Source: the human T2T-CHM13v2.0 reference genome, Homo sapiens. Taken from it: a stretch of 64,000 nt of DNA. Positions within the stretch are counted from its first letter, which is position 1. Every line of letters begins with the position of its first letter. Made by a program: the position numbers and the translations under genes. This document shows positions 59,941-64,000 of the stretch, piece by piece. Under the pieces are notes generated by a model. The model made no database searches. It had not been told where the DNA came from and worked only from the letters and a program-made list of their open reading frames with translations. The stretch lies in the NCBI RefSeq assembly GCF_009914755.1, contig NC_060928.1, one strand, 5' to 3'.

Positions 59941-62900
59941 TATTTTTTTTTTTCAATAGCTTTTGGGGAACAGGTGTTTTTGGGTTACATGAATAAGTTT
60001 TTTAGTGGTGATTTCTGAGATTTTGGTGCACCTGTCACCTGAATAGTGTACACTGCACCAAATATATAGTTTTTAATGCTCACCACCTTCCACCCTTCCC
60101 CCAAGTGCCCCAAACCCATTGTATCATTCTTATGCCTCTGTATCCTCATAGCTTAGATCCCACTTATAAGTGAGAAATACAAAATTTGTTTTTCCATTCC
60201 TGAGTTACTTCACTTAGAATAATGGCCTCCAGCTCCATCCAAATTGCTGCAAATGCCATTATTTCTTTTCATCTTATGACTGAGTAGTATTCCATGGTGT
60301 GTATATACTACATTTTCTTTATCCACTCATTGGTTGGTGGGCATTTAGGTTGGTTCCATCTTTTTGCAATTGCAAATTGTGCTACTATAAACATGTATGT
60401 GCAAGTGTCTTTTTCAAATCATGAATTATTTTCCTCTGGGTGGATAGCCAGCAGTAGGATTGCTGGATCAAATGGGAGTTCTATTTTTAGTCTTCAAAAA
60501 ATCTCCATACTGTTTTTCATAGTGGTTGTACTAATTTACATTCCCAGGAGCAGTGTAAAAGTGTTTCCTTTTCACCACATCCACAACAACATTTATTGTT
60601 TTTCGATTTTTTAATTATGGCCATTCTTGCAAGAGTAAGGTGGTAGCTCATTGTGGTTTTAATTTGCAGTTCCCTGATAATTAGAGACGTTGAGCATTTT
60701 TTTCATATGTGTTTTGGTCATTTGTATATTTTCTTTTGAGAATTTTCTATTTATGACATTTGCCCACTTTTTGAATGTCTTTTTTGTTTTTTTTTTGCTG
60801 ATTTGTGTGGATTCCTTGTAGATTCTGTATATTAGTCCTTTGTAAGATTCGTAGTTTGCAAATACTCTCTCCAACTCTGTGTGCTATCTATTTACTCTAC
60901 TAATTGTTTCTTTTGCTGTGCAGAACCTTTTTAGTTTAAACAGGTCCCATTTATTTATTTTTGTTTTGGTTGCATTTACTTTTGGGTTCTTGGTCAATAA
61001 TTCTTTGCCTAAGCCAACATCTAGAAGTTTTTCCAACGTTATTTTCTAGAATTTTTATAATTTCAGGACTTAGATTTGTGTTTGATCCACTTTGAGTTGA
61101 TTTTTCTATAAGGTGAGAAATTAAGATCCAGTTTTATTATTCTATTTGTGCCTTGCCAATTATTCAAGCACCCTTTAATGAATATGGTGTCCTTTCCCCA
61201 CTTTATGTTTTTGTTTGCTTTGTCAAAGATCAGTTGGCTCTAAGTATTTGGCTTTATATCTAAGTTCTCTATTCTGTTCGTTTGGTCTACATGCCTATTT
61301 TTGTACCAGTACCATGCCTTTTTGGCAACTATAGCCTTGTAGTATAGTTTGAAGTTAGGTAATGTGATGCCTCCAGATTTGTTCTTTTTGCTTAGTCTTT
61401 CTTTGGCTATGAGGACTCTTTTTTGGTGAATTTTAGAATTTTTTTTCTGTGAAGAATGATGATGATATTTTGATGGGCATTACATTGAATCTATATATTG
61501 CTTCAGGCAGTATAGTCATATTCATACTATTGATTCTACTTATCCATCATTATGGGATGTATTTCCATTTGCTTTTTGTTGTCTCTGATTTCTTTCAGCA
61601 ATGTTTTGTACTTTTCCTTGTAGAGATCTTTCACCTCTTGGTTAAGTATATTTCTACATATATTCATATATATATATATATATGTTCAACTGTTATAAAA
61701 GGGATTGAGTTCTTGATTTGATTCTAAGCTTGGTATTTGATGATATATAGCAGGGCTACTGATTTGTGTACTTTGATTTTTTTGTCCTGAAACTTTACCA
61801 AATTTATTTACCAGATAGGAACTTTTTGGATGAGTCTTTAGACTTTTCTATGTATATGGTCATATCATCAGCAAGCACTGACAGTTTGACTTCCTCTTTT
61901 CCAATGTGGATGCTCTTTATTTTTTTTTTTCTTTTTTCTGATTGCTCTGGCTAGGACTTCTAGTAATGTGGTGAATAGAAGTGGTGAAAGTGGTCATCCT
62001 TGTCTTGTTCCAATTCTCAAGTGCAATGCTTTTAACTTTTCCCTATTCAATGTGCTGTTGGCTATAGGTCTGTCATAAATGGCTTTTATTCCTCTGAAGT
62101 ATGCCCCTTACATGCTAATTCTGAGAGTTTTTTCATAAAGGGATGCTGAATTTTGTCAAATATTTTTCTGTCTCTATTGAGATTGTCATATGATTTTCAT
62201 TTTTGATTCTGTTTATGTGTTGTATCATATTTATTGACTTACATATTTTAAGTCATTCCTGAATTCCTGGTATAAAACCCATCTGATTATGATGTATTAT
62301 CTTTTTGATAGTTGTTGGATTTGGTTAGTTAATATTTTGTTGAGGATGTTTTGCAGCTGTGTTCATCAGGGATATGGGTCTGTAGTTTTATTTTTTTGTT
62401 GTGTCCTTTCCTGGTTTTGCTATTAGGGTGATACTGGCTTCAAAGAAAAACTTAGGGAGGATTCCCTTTCTCTATATTTTGGAATACTTTCAGTAAAATG
62501 GTACCAATTCTTCTTTGAACATCTGATAGAATTCAGCTGTGAACCCCTCTCATCACGTACTCTTTTGTTGACAATTTTTTTATTACTGATTCAATTTTTG
62601 CTGCTTGTTATTGGTCTGTTCAGAGTTTGTATTTTTTCCTAATTTAATCTAGTAAGGTTCTACATTTCTAGGAATTTATCCGTCTCCTCTAGATGTACTA
62701 ATTTGTGCACATAAAGATGTTGATAATAGGTTGAAATAATCTTTTGTATTGTGTGGTATTGGTTGTAATAGCTCCCATTTTGTTTCTAATTGAGCTTATT
62801 TGGATCTTGTCTCTTCTTTTCTTGGTTAATCTCTCTAATGATCTATCAATTTTGTTTATCTTTTCAAAGAACCACTTTTTGTTTTACTTATCTTTTGTAA

Positions 62901-64000
62901 TTTTTTGTTTCAATTTTATTTAGTTAGGCTCTGATTTTTGTTATTTCTTCTGCTGGGTTTGGGTTTGGTTTGTTCTTTTACCTTAATTTGGGTGAGTCTG
63001 TTATGTGTTAGGTGAGTAGTTTCTTGAAGATAGCAGATAGTTGGTTAGTGAATTTTTATTCATTTGGCCATTTTATATCTTTTAAGTGGAACATTAGGCC
63101 ATTTACATTCAATGTTAGTATTGAGACTTGAGATATTGTTATATTCATCATGTTAGTTGTTGCCTAAATACTTTTTTTATTGTGCTATTGTTTTATAGGC
63201 CTTTTGAGGTTTATGCTGTAAGGGGGTTCTTATTTTGGTGTATTTCAAGGTTTTATTTCAAGATTTTTAATTCCTTTTAGCATTTCTTGTTTTACTGGTT
63301 TGGTTGCAGCAAATTTTCTCAGCATTTGTTTGTCTGAAAAAAAATTTTATCTTTCCTTCATTTCTAAATCTTAGTTTTTCTGGATACAAAATTCTTGGCT
63401 GACAACTATTTTGTTTAAGGAGGTTAAAGATAGGACCCCAATACCTTCTGGCTTGCAAGGTCTTTGCTGAGAAATCTGCTGTTAATCTGATAGGTTTTCC
63501 TTTATAGGCTATCTGATGCTTTTGCCTCACAGCTCCTAAGATTCTTTTCTTCATCTTGACTTTAGATAACCTGATGACCTATCTGGCTAGGTGATGATCT
63601 TTTTGCAGTAAATTTCCCAGGAGTTCTTTGTATTGTATTTGGATGTCTGTATTTCCAGCCAGGCGAGGAAAGGTTTCCTCAATTATTCCCTTAAATAAGT
63701 TTTCCAAACTTTTAGATTTCTCTTCTTCCTCATGAACATTAAGTATTCTTAGGTTTGTCCATTTAACATAATCCCACATTCTTGGAAACTGCTCATTTTT
63801 TAAAATTCTTTTTTATATGTCCTTGTCTGGTTGGGTTAATTTGAAAACCTTCTCTTTCAGTTCTGAAGTTCTTTCTTCTACTTGTTCTAGTCTATTTTTG
63901 AAAATTTCCACTGCATTTTGTATTTCCCTGATGTGTCTTTCATTTCTAGAGGTTGTGATTATTTTTATTTTATGATATATATCTCTGTATAATTTTTTTA
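59941..64000 (-). mobile_element. L1PB-type element (3'UTR, ORF2 with internal deletion near 62980, ORF1), running off the window edge
   Basis: agtggtgatttctgagattttggtgcacc 3'UTR; ORF1 remnants 63267-63554 (YKGKPIRLTADFS) and 63579-63779 (WDYVK). Confidence 0.9.

Overview
Primate genomic DNA, most likely human or another ape (AluY and L1PA3-type elements are present). It is AT-rich, intergenic or deep-intronic, and dominated by transposable elements: L1 (L1PA3, L1PA5-8, L1PA15/16, L1PB, L1M), about 14 Alus, MaLR/ERV LTRs (MLT1, MLT2, MST, THE1, MER34, MER51), DNA transposons (Tigger1, Tigger4, MER20, MER33), L2 and MIR. I recognised no host protein-coding gene, RNA gene or CRISPR array. All long ORFs are decayed L1 ORF1/ORF2 pieces, plus one Tigger1 transposase remnant. 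I did not find a new biological system. The notable structure is: (i) a near-full-length L1PA3 whose entire 5'UTR promoter is inverted by twin priming; (ii) a deletion-inversion-deletion through a Tigger1/L1M nest; (iii) several locally templated insertions and micro-inversions, the clearest a 160-bp copy from 3.3 kb away with iterated junction repeats; (iv) one well-formed 66-nt candidate exon in unique sequence. Subfamily names come from recalled consensus features, not from a database search.
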